Below are positions 46,905 through 57,086 of a stretch of DNA of 64,000 nt, in pieces. Position 1 is the stretch's first letter. Every line of letters starts with the position of its first letter. The notes below the pieces were generated by a model. That model saw only the letters and a program-made list of their open reading frames with translations, made no database searches and was not told the DNA's origin. A program made the translations under genes and the position numbers. The DNA is from Candidatus Hermodarchaeota archaeon. Its GTDB lineage: Archaea > Asgardarchaeota > Lokiarchaeia > Sigyniarchaeales > SOKP01. Location: positions 163,105 through 227,104 of the forward strand of contig JBHLLG010000001.1 in the NCBI GenBank assembly GCA_048885925.1, in the 5' to 3' direction.

Positions 46905-49880
46905 ATGGAATTAAGAAATTTTGTATATAAAATAAAAAAACATATAAATCTCCAATTTTTCAAACATTCTTGGCTTGATCTCAAACGTGATAAGGCAAAG
47001 GCAATTTTTGGAATCTCCGGTATAGCTATTTCATTATTCCTTCTGACGACAATTGGAATGCTAAATGACACAGTAAATTATAATTACTTATTATATGTTA
47101 CCTCAACTACGGGAGAGTCAGATATAATGATTACTAGAACTATTCAAACAGATTTGACTTTTGACCCTTTCTTTGATGAAAGTATAATTAATAATGAGTT
47201 GAAGGAAATTGACGGTGTTGATACTCTATTTCCGCGTATTATGATGTTAGTGGAAGTATCTTCTGAAAAAACAAATGAAAGTGGTTCATTGCAGCTCTAT
47301 GGTCTTGATTTCACAAAGGAAGCTACAAGCGGAAAAATTGGAGATTTAATAATTGTGGATAATGAGGGAAAAGAAACAAATGAAATCTATAAAGATGAAC
47401 CAGATGAGGATGAATGTGTTTTATTATGGAATGTAGCGGATATTCTTAATGTTACAAGAGGAGATATAATACATTTAGAATATCAAACTTATGAATTAAA
47501 CTTAACAGTTGCTGAAATTTGTATTCAAGATCTTAAATTTATGCAATTTGAAACAACTTTGATTCTTGTTAATTTGGAACAAGCTCAGGACTTTTTAAAA
47601 AGAGCAAATCAAATAAATTTTGTTGTAGGAACTATCAATAATCCTAAATCCGTCTATGATGCAAGTGATTTAACAAGAACAACTCGGAGACTTAGAATAA
47701 TTGGGTCTAGAATACAAGAAAAATTAGATCTTAATGAATTTAGTGTAAATTTACCAAAATTGGAAGAACTTGAAGCGGGTCAATTTATGTTAATGACAGT
47801 TACAATTGTATTCTGGTTTATTATAATTCTCTCGACACTTATAACAGCAATTCTAATAAATAGCATTCTTTCTACCTCTACTGAGGAACGACAAAGAGAA
47901 TTTGGAATTGTTCGGGTTGTTGGGAGTAAGAAAATATATCCTATGAAAATGGTTCTTTTTGAAGGATTGATGCTTGGATTATTTGGGTCAAGTATTGGAA
48001 TGATTCTAGGGGCTACCTTAACTAGACCGATTGCTCGTACTATTTTTCCACTTTATGGATTTCGATTCAAATTTTCTGAAGTAGAATGGGTGATTCAACC
48101 CCAAACTCTTCTGATAACATTTGCGATAGGAACTTTAGTATCCTTAGCAATTTCTCTATTGCCTGCTCTTAGAACCGCAAAAATTAACATTATTAAATCA
48201 ATTACACCTTTTCAAACCAAAGAGGAAGGGTGGGAAGTTAAAAAAGAAGGAAGTATGAATGTAAAAAGCTTTTTAGTTGGTATTGCTGTTGCTACTATTG
48301 GTATGATAGTTTTCGTTTTATTACCGAATATTTTTGTTACTGGTAATTTGATGATGATATCAGGTTTATTTATTGGTTTACTTGCTGCTATTGTAATTGG
48401 ATTAGTTTTTGCATCAGTTGGATTAATTCCATTAATTCAGAAAATCTTTTTAGGAGTAATTTCTCCAGCAATAAGGAAATACTCAAAAATTATAGGGATC
48501 TCCCTAAAGAGATATAGAAGGCGAAATACTAGTACGGTGGTTATGTTTGCTATAAGCTTTTCGTTCATTTTTTTCATTACGAGTGTTACTGAAATGGAAT
48601 CCGAAAATACTGCCTTAAATCTGAAATTCCAATATGGTTCGGATTTAGTTTTAATGAATCAAGAATTATTTAGTCCAGAAACAGCTCTTACACTTGAAAT
48701 GGTCGAAGAATTAAAAAACCTACCTGGAGTGGATAAACTTGCCATTTCCCTCCATAATACTTTTGACTTTCAAGCTACTTTAGCGGCGATTTTTGAAGTA
48801 AGTGAAGGTCAAGTTGGTTTTTCAGGAGGTTCTTCGGAAGAATCAATGTTGAATTTGTTTCAATTTTACTCTGCTCAAGAGGAAGCAAAAATAAAAACCA
48901 CAGTAGGGGATATTATGGATTTTGATGTTGTAGATGCGGGTTTTATAGGTATTAATGAAGATTTTGTGAATTTGATAGATAAAGATTTATTAATATGGAA
49001 AAGTGATGGTAGTAATACAGAATATTCCTTTAGAGAATTATTCAACTATAATAATACATGCATAATAGCAAAATCTATCGCGAGTTTAATTGGCGTAAAA
49101 GAGGTAGGGGAATATGTTAGAATTACATTTTATGATCCTCAAATTGAAAATCATACAGGTACTGTTACATTATTTAGAGTTGTAGGAATTTCGGGTGGAA
49201 TTCCAGGATTTTATAATTTTCGAAGTAATGAAATGTCAGCATATGGAGGAGGATTGATGGTTTCATTAGAGAATTACATGCGTTTAATGAATGTTAGTAA
49301 TCCAGGAGAAGATAATATGATTGTAGATAAAGTATTTATAAATTTAATAGAAAAAAGTGAGGAAAATATAGAAGAAACTAAAGAAGAAATTCGTATAATG
49401 TATCAAGAAAAGGATATAATTATCGATGATGCTATTTCTAAAATTAATTTTTATGAGGCTACTACAGAACGACAAAGCTTCATAATGGAATTAATATTAA
49501 CTTTCACTATTATTATAAGCATTTTTGGGTTAGTTAGTAGTATGTATGCTGTTATTTTAGAGAGAAAATTCGAAATCGGTATTCTTAGGTCCATGGGAAT
49601 GAAAGCCAGAAATGTAAGAAATATGTTCTTATTAGAGAGCATGATTATTTTGCTTTCCTCAGGAATTATGGGCACAATTATAGGCACCTATACAGCATAT
49701 TTGCTTGAAACAAATATGGGGCTTATGACAGAGATGCCAATAATCTTTACCATTCCTACAGATGTTTTACTAAGAGTATTTATATTGTCAATTTCATTCG
49801 CTTTTCTCGGAACTTATGTCATTTTGATTAAATATTTCTATAAGAAATCTATAATGGATATCTTCCGCCAAACTTTTTAA
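46905..49880 (+). CDS. FtsX/MacB-like ABC permease (second paralogue)
   Basis: ERQREFGIVRVVG and ERKFEIGILRSMG; shares RRNxST...FAxSFSF and YGSDLV with 35035-38046. Confidence 0.9.
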   Translation: MELRNFVYKIKKHINLQFFKHSWLDLKRDKAKAIFGISGIAISLFLLTTIGMLNDTVNYNYLLYVTSTTGESDIMITRTIQTDLTFDPFFDESIINNELKEIDGVDTLFPRIMMLVEVSSEKTNESGSLQLYGLDFTKEATSGKIGDLIIVDNEGKETNEIYKDEPDEDECVLLWNVADILNVTRGDIIHLEYQTYELNLTVAEICIQDLKFMQFETTLILVNLEQAQDFLKRANQINFVVGTINNPKSVYDASDLTRTTRRLRIIGSRIQEKLDLNEFSVNLPKLEELEAGQFMLMTVTIVFWFIIILSTLITAILINSILSTSTEERQREFGIVRVVGSKKIYPMKMVLFEGLMLGLFGSSIGMILGATLTRPIARTIFPLYGFRFKFSEVEWVIQPQTLLITFAIGTLVSLAISLLPALRTAKINIIKSITPFQTKEEGWEVKKEGSMNVKSFLVGIAVATIGMIVFVLLPNIFVTGNLMMISGLFIGLLAAIVIGLVFASVGLIPLIQKIFLGVISPAIRKYSKIIGISLKRYRRRNTSTVVMFAISFSFIFFITSVTEMESENTALNLKFQYGSDLVLMNQELFSPETALTLEMVEELKNLPGVDKLAISLHNTFDFQATLAAIFEVSEGQVGFSGGSSEESMLNLFQFYSAQEEAKIKTTVGDIMDFDVVDAGFIGINEDFVNLIDKDLLIWKSDGSNTEYSFRELFNYNNTCIIAKSIASLIGVKEVGEYVRITFYDPQIENHTGTVTLFRVVGISGGIPGFYNFRSNEMSAYGGGLMVSLENYMRLMNVSNPGEDNMIVDKVFINLIEKSEENIEETKEEIRIMYQEKDIIIDDAISKINFYEATTERQSFIMELILTFTIIISIFGLVSSMYAVILERKFEIGILRSMGMKARNVRNMFLLESMIILLSSGIMGTIIGTYTAYLLETNMGLMTEMPIIFTIPTDVLLRVFILSISFAFLGTYVILIKYFYKKSIMDIFRQTF

Positions 49881-49901
49881 TGAACAAAATTATATTATTT
49901 T

Positions 49902-50486
49902 TCAATTTTTTTTAAGAAAGTCTATGAATTTTTTTAATGCTTGGCCTCTATGAGAAACTTTATTCTTTTCCTGTATTGATAATTCGGCAAATGTTTTATG
50001 TGGTATTGAATCTGGTATAAAAATTGGATCAAAACCAAATCCTTTTTCTCCTTTAAGTTTTCTTGATACTTTTCCCTTCACGACACCTTCAAAAAAATAT
50101 ATTTCTTCAAAAGGTTTAAAGAATAAAGCGATCATAGCTATAAAATGAGCTTTTGAATTAGTGAAATTATCAATTAATTTAATAATACCTTCATTTCCGA
50201 TAGTTTTTAATACATATGAGGAATAAACTCCCGGAAAGCCATTAAGAGGGATATCTACAAAAAAACCAGCATCTTCTACGAAGTAAGAGCCATTTATTTT
50301 ATCTTTTACGCTTTTTAATTTATATAAAACGATATCTTTGATAGAATCTGCTTGAATTTCGATAGGTTTAAGATCTGCCTGTTTCAGAACATATCCCACC
50401 TCTTGCCTTGTAAAAATGTCCAAAACTTCATTATATTTATGATTATTTCCTGTTACAAAGTAGATTGCATTTTCTTCGTTGTTCAT
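49902..50486 (-). CDS. rdgB: Non-canonical purine NTP pyrophosphatase (RdgB/HAM1)
   Basis: FVTGNNHK, VEDAG, GFPGVYS, GFGFDPIF, KNKVSHRG. Confidence 0.93.
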   Translation of the reverse strand: MNNEENAIYFVTGNNHKYNEVLDIFTRQEVGYVLKQADLKPIEIQADSIKDIVLYKLKSVKDKINGSYFVEDAGFFVDIPLNGFPGVYSSYVLKTIGNEGIIKLIDNFTNSKAHFIAMIALFFKPFEEIYFFEGVVKGKVSRKLKGEKGFGFDPIFIPDSIPHKTFAELSIQEKNKVSHRGQALKKFIDFLKKN

Positions 50487-50648
50487 AATTAATATAATTA
50501 TAAATTATTAATAATCAAAACTAATTGATCTAACACATATAGCTACAAAATTCCAAAATTTTATTTTGTATATTTCTTTAATTAATTTATCATAAAATAT
50601 TGATATTCTATTTAAGATTCTATAAACCATAGGAGAATTACATAAGTA

Positions 50649-51107
50649 ATGGCTCGGATGCATAGCAGAAAAAAGGGACATAGTGGCTCAACCAGACCTG
50701 CTAGATTGGAAAAACCAGTATGGGTGGAGTTAAGTCCGGAAGAAGTTGAAGGAGAAGTAGTCAAATTAGCAAGAAAGGGATACTCCAACTCGATGATTGG
50801 TACTATTATGAGAGATTCTCGAGGAGTACCACTAATTAAAGTGGTAACAGGTAAAAAGGTAAGTAAAATTCTTGAAGATAATGAAATTGAAACAGCTTTA
50901 CCAGAAGACCTTGCAAACTTAGTACGAAAGGCTTTAAATATTAGAAAACACCTTGAGGAAAATCATAAAGACTTGGAGTCCAAGAAGGGGCTTAATCGCT
51001 GTGAGTCCAAAGTTTACAGGTTGATAAAATATTACAAGAAGAAGAAAGTATTACCTGTAGATTTCAAATATGATCCAGAAAAAATTAGAACATTGGTAGC
51101 AAGATAG
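50649..51107 (+). CDS. rps15: 30S ribosomal protein uS15 (S15P/S13e)
   Basis: MARMHSRKKGHSGS, IGTIMRD, LPEDL, ESKVYRLIKYYK. Confidence 0.97.
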   Translation: MARMHSRKKGHSGSTRPARLEKPVWVELSPEEVEGEVVKLARKGYSNSMIGTIMRDSRGVPLIKVVTGKKVSKILEDNEIETALPEDLANLVRKALNIRKHLEENHKDLESKKGLNRCESKVYRLIKYYKKKKVLPVDFKYDPEKIRTLVAR

Positions 51108-51118
51108 AGGGAAAAAAA

Positions 51119-51910
51119 GTGAGTGCTAAGGGGAAAAAGAAAAAAGCAAAAGCAAAAAAAGTCTCGTTTAAATCTAAAAATTGGTATCAAATCATAAGCC
51201 CTAAGAATTTTAATTTCAAACCAATTGGAGAAGTTATAGGGACTGAAAACACCCTACTTGGAAGAACCGTAGAAGCTCTACTATTTGATTTTACACAAAA
51301 ATATTCTGATATTAATTTGAAACTAACTTTTCAAATAAAAGATGTTAATGAGGAACCACAAAAATGTAATACTATTTTTCAAGGTCATAGTTATACAAGT
51401 GATTTTGTAAGGTCATTAATTGGTAGAGGAAGTACCAAAATACAAACAATTATCAATTTGACTACTAAAGATAATTATGGATTTCGTTTAACGATGATTT
51501 GTACGACTATTAGAAGAGCTCGAAGTAGTCAGCAAATTCTAATCCGAAAAATAATGAATGAAATTTTATTAGAATTTGCTAAAAGTTTGAATCATGAGAA
51601 ATTCATCGCAGGGATAATCTATGGAGAATTTCAAAATCAAGTCCAAAGAGTTGCTAAAACAATTTATCCCTTATCTAGTGCTGTAATAATTAAGAGTAAA
51701 CTAACATCTATACCTGAAGGTGGCGAAGATAAAGTAGTACCTGATGATCAATTCGAAATTGTTGAAGTAGAAGTAAAAAGATCAAGAAAATCAGAAATTA
51801 AAAGATCTGAAAGAATTAATGTTAAAAAACTTACCCAATCTAAAACGAGTCCTTCCGTTTCTGCTGAAGAAGATATTTCTTCTGAAGAGGAAGAAGAAGG
51901 GGCAGATTGA
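51119..51910 (+). CDS. rps3ae: 30S ribosomal protein eS1 (S3Ae) with acidic C-terminal extension
   Basis: KNWYQIISP, LLGRTVE, DFVRSLIGRG, IRKIM, KTIYPL. Confidence 0.92.
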   Translation: MSAKGKKKKAKAKKVSFKSKNWYQIISPKNFNFKPIGEVIGTENTLLGRTVEALLFDFTQKYSDINLKLTFQIKDVNEEPQKCNTIFQGHSYTSDFVRSLIGRGSTKIQTIINLTTKDNYGFRLTMICTTIRRARSSQQILIRKIMNEILLEFAKSLNHEKFIAGIIYGEFQNQVQRVAKTIYPLSSAVIIKSKLTSIPEGGEDKVVPDDQFEIVEVEVKRSRKSEIKRSERINVKKLTQSKTSPSVSAEEDISSEEEEEGAD

Positions 51911-52035
51911 AAAAATCTTAGACTAAATTACACTTTAAATTTTTGACATCTATTAAGTTTATTTTTTATTCATAGAGTTATTTTTAATAATTTGTGTGAA
52001 TTTTTTTATTTAAACAACTGATAAAGTTAATATTT

Positions 52036-53784
52036 ATGTCTTCTCAAGAAGGAAATAGGAATAATCTATATAATTTTGACGATTTTTTATTCGTAAGAAA
52101 TCATTTCAATTATTATAAAGATGATAATTTTTTACAATGCCTTATTAAAAAATATGTACCTGAAGATGATTACGAAAAAATTGATAAAGAACTTCGTGCT
52201 CTATCGGATTATATTTCATTTAGATTTCGAATTCTTGCTGATGAAGCAAATGAACTTGAAAATAGGATAAAAGTCACAAAGGTTAAACATTTTGATGCTC
52301 ATAATCATCGAATTGATCGTATAGAACGATGCTTACAAACTGAAATATTAGAACGCGAAGTATTTAGTCTGGGTTTATTTGATCCAGCAAGAAATTCTCC
52401 ATGGAGTAGATTTATTAAAATGATTTTATTATATGAAAATGGAGAAGCGGGTGTAATGTGTCCTGTAGCTTGTACACATGGATTAGTTTGGTTAATGCAA
52501 AAATATGAAAAAGAGTTATCTCCCGAAGCTTATGAAATTTTAACTAAAGTGAGAGATGGAACAAATGGTGAATATTGTAGAGGTTCTCAATTTGTAAGTG
52601 AGATTCAAGGTGGTAGTGACGTTCCCGCTAATCTTGTAGAAGCTATTTATGAAGAAACTGAAGGTTCTGATGAATTCTCAAATAGCTGGCGATTATATGG
52701 ACAAAAATTTTTTTGTTCAGCTGCTCATACCGATTATGCACTAGTTACTGCTAAACCAAAGGGTACACCATCTTCAACAAGGGTGGCTGCTTTTGTTGTC
52801 CCTTCATGGCTACCAGGTAATAAAGAACGTGAAATAAGAAATTCCTATACAATAGATCGTCTTAAACCAAAATTAGGTACTGCAGAATTACCAACAGCAG
52901 AAATTACTTATAATGGATCGGTTGCATATCCTGTAGGTCCACTAAAAAAGGGACTTGCAGATGTTGTGGGTATTGTACTTACATTATCAAGATTACATGT
53001 TGCTTTTGGAATGGCTGCTGGGGCATTACGAGTAGCAAGAGAAGCAATATTATATTCTCAATTTAGAACTGCATTTGGTGTTCCTATCTCTTCATTTCCG
53101 ATGATGATTAATCAAATAAACGAATTGGATCATTTTGCAAAAAGAACAGCAGCAGGTGCATTTAAATTATATTCAGAGTTCATATATTTTGATGAAAAAC
53201 TTGTCAGTGGAATTAGAGATTTAGAAAAAATTGAGGATCTTGAAGAACGGAAACGTCGATTTAGATTACGTGAACTTATTATGCTTCAAAAAATTGTGGT
53301 TGCTGATGAAGCTCCAAAAATGATAAGACAAGCCATTTCATTTTTTGGAGGTCATGGAGTGATGGAAGATTTTCTTTCTTTACCACGCTTCCATCGTGAT
53401 TCTATGATTATGGAATTATGGGAAGGTCCAAGAAACGTACTCCTTACTCAAATTCATCGGGATTTAGCTAGAGTTAAGGATTGGTATTCAGCTTATGATT
53501 TCTGCAAAGATTTATTAACGGGGGGCGATGTTGATCTCATTGAAAATTATGCAACAGAGTTTTCTAGGATAATCTCGCATGATAGCCTTCTTAGAAATGA
53601 TGAAGAAACTTTAAAAATTTGTCGAGAATGGGAAGAATTTTCTAATAAACTTTATATTGCATTTCAAGAAATAGCTTTCAAAGAACTTAATTATGATGAT
53701 GAACCTTTGAAATTTAAAAAATTATTACGCAAATTTAAAAAACGGGAGTTTTCAGAAGAAAAAGTAGAAACGATTATTCAGTAA
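52036..53784 (+). CDS. Acyl-CoA dehydrogenase, AidB-like
   Basis: CPVACTHG, SEIQGGSDV, LYGQKFFCS, RLKPKLGT, FGGHG, ELWEG. Confidence 0.88.
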   Translation: MSSQEGNRNNLYNFDDFLFVRNHFNYYKDDNFLQCLIKKYVPEDDYEKIDKELRALSDYISFRFRILADEANELENRIKVTKVKHFDAHNHRIDRIERCLQTEILEREVFSLGLFDPARNSPWSRFIKMILLYENGEAGVMCPVACTHGLVWLMQKYEKELSPEAYEILTKVRDGTNGEYCRGSQFVSEIQGGSDVPANLVEAIYEETEGSDEFSNSWRLYGQKFFCSAAHTDYALVTAKPKGTPSSTRVAAFVVPSWLPGNKEREIRNSYTIDRLKPKLGTAELPTAEITYNGSVAYPVGPLKKGLADVVGIVLTLSRLHVAFGMAAGALRVAREAILYSQFRTAFGVPISSFPMMINQINELDHFAKRTAAGAFKLYSEFIYFDEKLVSGIRDLEKIEDLEERKRRFRLRELIMLQKIVVADEAPKMIRQAISFFGGHGVMEDFLSLPRFHRDSMIMELWEGPRNVLLTQIHRDLARVKDWYSAYDFCKDLLTGGDVDLIENYATEFSRIISHDSLLRNDEETLKICREWEEFSNKLYIAFQEIAFKELNYDDEPLKFKKLLRKFKKREFSEEKVETIIQ

Positions 53785-53797
53785 ATATTTACTATAT

Positions 53798-54697
53798 TTA
53801 AAATAATTGATCAAATTCTTTAACTAATTCATTAAGGTAAAAACGTAGGTGTTTGTAGGGTCTTAAATCTCCTGAAAATTCTTCTCTAAAAGCAGAATCT
53901 AAAGACATCTTAGCTTTTAGTTGTTTAAAAACTTCCTTTATTTTATAGAAATTTCCAGTAGCAATAAAGTCAATTGAATATCCATAAATGGTACCAAATA
54001 AAATAATTTTTTTACTAGCATTATTTTCAGTATCACTAATATGAATTTCTTTGATTTTTGTTTTAGTGCGGATTTGGGTGTTCATAGAGATTGTTGCTAA
54101 CTTGGCAGAAAGATCTGAGCTAAAAAGTTCGATATTTTCAATAGTTTTTTCTCTTTCTAAGTTTTTCAAAAGATTTTGGTCAAATAATTGAGATATAATA
54201 GGCAAACCCTGAGCAGAAATGCCTGCATATAATATTGCATTTTCTCCATTTTTGATTATTTTCTCATAAATTATTTCTTCTTCTAATGATTCAAGATATT
54301 TGTCTTCTAAATATTCTACTATTAAATCAATAACTTGATGAAATGTAGGTTCTTCTGAAGTAAATTTCAGTCTGGCGAGATCTTTATATTGAGTATTGAC
54401 TTGTTTATAAAATTCGTTTAGCATATTAAAAACTTCTTGTGAACCTATACTAAAATTACCAATAGAACAAAAAAATAAATTTTGTCCCGCGCTTGTAACT
54501 ATATGTTCAACAACAATTCGCTCTTTTCTCTTTTTATAACTCTTTAAGCAAATCTTTTTCAAACGCCATGTATTTCTTGGATTTATAGAGCGTAATAGTT
54601 TTTCTACAAAAAGTACAATCTCAAATGCATTGAATTTTTTATCATTAGAACAATAAAGGATATCATTCTCTAGTATAATGCTAAAAGAAGAGATCAT
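53798..54697 (-). CDS. Putative tandem longin/roadblock-like domain protein (Asgard type)
   Basis: Two alpha/beta units with beta-beta-alpha-beta-beta-beta-alpha pattern: ISSFSIILENDILY... and ILYAGISAQGLPIIS...LSAKLATI. Fold inferred by eye. Confidence 0.5.
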   Translation of the reverse strand: MISSFSIILENDILYCSNDKKFNAFEIVLFVEKLLRSINPRNTWRLKKICLKSYKKRKERIVVEHIVTSAGQNLFFCSIGNFSIGSQEVFNMLNEFYKQVNTQYKDLARLKFTSEEPTFHQVIDLIVEYLEDKYLESLEEEIIYEKIIKNGENAILYAGISAQGLPIISQLFDQNLLKNLEREKTIENIELFSSDLSAKLATISMNTQIRTKTKIKEIHISDTENNASKKIILFGTIYGYSIDFIATGNFYKIKEVFKQLKAKMSLDSAFREEFSGDLRPYKHLRFYLNELVKEFDQLF

Positions 54698-54955
54698 AAA
54701 AAAACTCTAAAGAAAATAGCTATAATTTTATTGAGAAAATTGTTGAATATATTAATTTTTTTTGGTTTAATAAAATAAGGTTTAGTTTCTTTTAAATTGG
54801 GGATTTTTATTTAATTTTTATATCATTCATGTTAATGGGTAAATCTTTTTTCGATTTCTATTTATGAGAATAATAACTTATAGAACTATTACATACTTAT
54901 TTGCTATTCAATATATAAAAAATTCAATTTAATATTAAATGAATATGGAATGTAA

Positions 54956-56935
54956 ATGGATTTAAACGATATTGCTAATGTGGTATTATCCAATATTAAT
55001 GGAAAAAGAGCTTGGGAATGGATAGCTCGAATTTCGCAATTTAATCGAATTCAAGCTTCAAAAGGTTTTCATCAAGCAGCTGAACTTATAATGAAAGAAT
55101 TGGAATCATTAGGTTTTGAAGATATCGAATTATTCAAATTTCCTGCTGATGGAAAAACTAAAACATGGGGTAATACACATCCCTATCAATGGGAAATTAA
55201 AACTGGAGAATTATGGGTAATTGAACCTATTAAAGAAAAAATATGTGATTATAATGAAACACCACTATCTATTATGACTCATTCTAAACCATGTGATGTT
55301 ATAACTGAAATAATTGATATCGGAAAAGAAGTCAATATAGATGATTTAAAAAGAAAAGATGTTCAAGATAAACTAATTATGACTTCTGGGGCTATATATC
55401 TGTTTCGTGACATTCTCGAAGATTCTGGGGCCCGTGGTATCATATACTATCCTGAATTAGAACGTGCTGGGAAAGAGCTGGATAAAGTCATATATAATGG
55501 ATTATTTTTAACTCAAGAACGATTCAAAAAAGGATTATTTGGCTTTAGTATCAGTTACAGACAGGCTATGCGATTGAAAGAATTATTAACGAAGGGAAAG
55601 GTAAAAATTCATGCTAAAATTGAAGCAGAATTTTTAGAGGGAAATTTAGAAGTATTATCTACTTCAATTAAAGGTCTTAGTTGTCCTGATGAAGAAATTA
55701 TCCTTATTGCACACCTTTGCCATCCTATTGCTAGTGCTAATGATAATGCAAGTGGTTCAGCAGGTTTATTAGAACTTGCTAGAACTTTTATAAAATTAGT
55801 TAAGAATAAAATGATTCAACCTCCTAACCGTACATTAAGATTTCTTTGGGTGCCAGAAATTAATGGTACACTTCCTTGGATTAAGGAATATGAAGATTTA
55901 ATAAAAAAATCTGTATGTTGTATCAATTTAGATATGATAGGGGAACATCGAAATAAAATTGGGAACCCTTTAATGATTTATACTACACCATATTCAACCC
56001 CATCTATATTAAATGATATTATAACCTTCTTTACTAAATTAATTGCCGATCATCAGAAAGGTATTGCTATTGATGGATCTATCGCCCCATTAAGTTTTAG
56101 AATAAAAGCGTATGATGGGGGAAGCGATCATATGGTTTTTCTTGACTCATATTTAGGTATTCCTTCTGTAATGATAAATCATGATGATCCATATTATCAT
56201 TCTTCAATGGATACTATAGAGTTTTGTGATTCTTCAGAACTTAAACGAGTAATTGGTATAGCCGCATGCACTGCTTATATTTTTGCTAATATTGATAAAG
56301 ATTCAATAATTCCCATTTTACCATTGATACATGAAGGATTTTATAATCGTATTGGGAAAACGACTTACTTACTAGATAGTTTAGTTACAAAAGAACTTAC
56401 GAATGAACAAAAAGAGGATAAGATCCAAATTAATGAGAAAATTGCTTTATTATACGATTTAATCAAGGCAATTGCAGAATATGAAAATAAGATTATTAAT
56501 TCAATTTTAAACATTAATGTAAAGCTAGCTGAGAATCACTTTTTATTGAATTTAAAAGAAGAGATTAAAGATTGGTACAAAAATCAAGAACAGAGATATA
56601 CTAAACTTTTAGAATTTTATGGAATATCCCCCAATATATATGAACAAAGAAATTTACTTTATTCATCTAAATATATTAAAAATTATGAGGGAATACTTTT
56701 TTACAGAAAATTTATCTTTCTGCTTCATAATGTTAGGTTTAAAAAGTTTAGCGATCAACTTAAATACAACTTTTTAGGACCTATACACGAATTACTAAAT
56801 CTATTGAATAATGGATTTGATACATTGAGAATTAGTAGTTATTTGTCTCTTCAATATAATACTATTCTTTATCCTAGTGTAATTCAAGAACTAATTGATT
56901 TTCTAGTGGAGCAAGAAGTTATCAAGAAGATTTAA
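54956..56935 (+). CDS. M28-family metallopeptidase (DUF4910-like, PA insert)
   Basis: AHLCHP, ANDNASG, VPE, NLDMIG, GSDH, YYHSSMD. Confidence 0.85.
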   Translation: MDLNDIANVVLSNINGKRAWEWIARISQFNRIQASKGFHQAAELIMKELESLGFEDIELFKFPADGKTKTWGNTHPYQWEIKTGELWVIEPIKEKICDYNETPLSIMTHSKPCDVITEIIDIGKEVNIDDLKRKDVQDKLIMTSGAIYLFRDILEDSGARGIIYYPELERAGKELDKVIYNGLFLTQERFKKGLFGFSISYRQAMRLKELLTKGKVKIHAKIEAEFLEGNLEVLSTSIKGLSCPDEEIILIAHLCHPIASANDNASGSAGLLELARTFIKLVKNKMIQPPNRTLRFLWVPEINGTLPWIKEYEDLIKKSVCCINLDMIGEHRNKIGNPLMIYTTPYSTPSILNDIITFFTKLIADHQKGIAIDGSIAPLSFRIKAYDGGSDHMVFLDSYLGIPSVMINHDDPYYHSSMDTIEFCDSSELKRVIGIAACTAYIFANIDKDSIIPILPLIHEGFYNRIGKTTYLLDSLVTKELTNEQKEDKIQINEKIALLYDLIKAIAEYENKIINSILNINVKLAENHFLLNLKEEIKDWYKNQEQRYTKLLEFYGISPNIYEQRNLLYSSKYIKNYEGILFYRKFIFLLHNVRFKKFSDQLKYNFLGPIHELLNLLNNGFDTLRISSYLSLQYNTILYPSVIQELIDFLVEQEVIKKI

Positions 56936-57086
56936 ATTTTAATTTAATATAGCAAAATTTAATTTTAATGGGTTGAGATCCTATTTTGAAAAATCTTTAC
57001 AAAAAGTCATTATTTATGAAACATTCAAATAAATTTTAAAAAAACTAAGATTATTAAAAACTTAAATAAAAATATTAAATTTAAAA

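Noticed and set aside
54698-54955. AT-rich divergent intergenic region with short palindromes
   Set aside because: Only A/T-rich short inverted repeats expected by chance; no distinctive motif.
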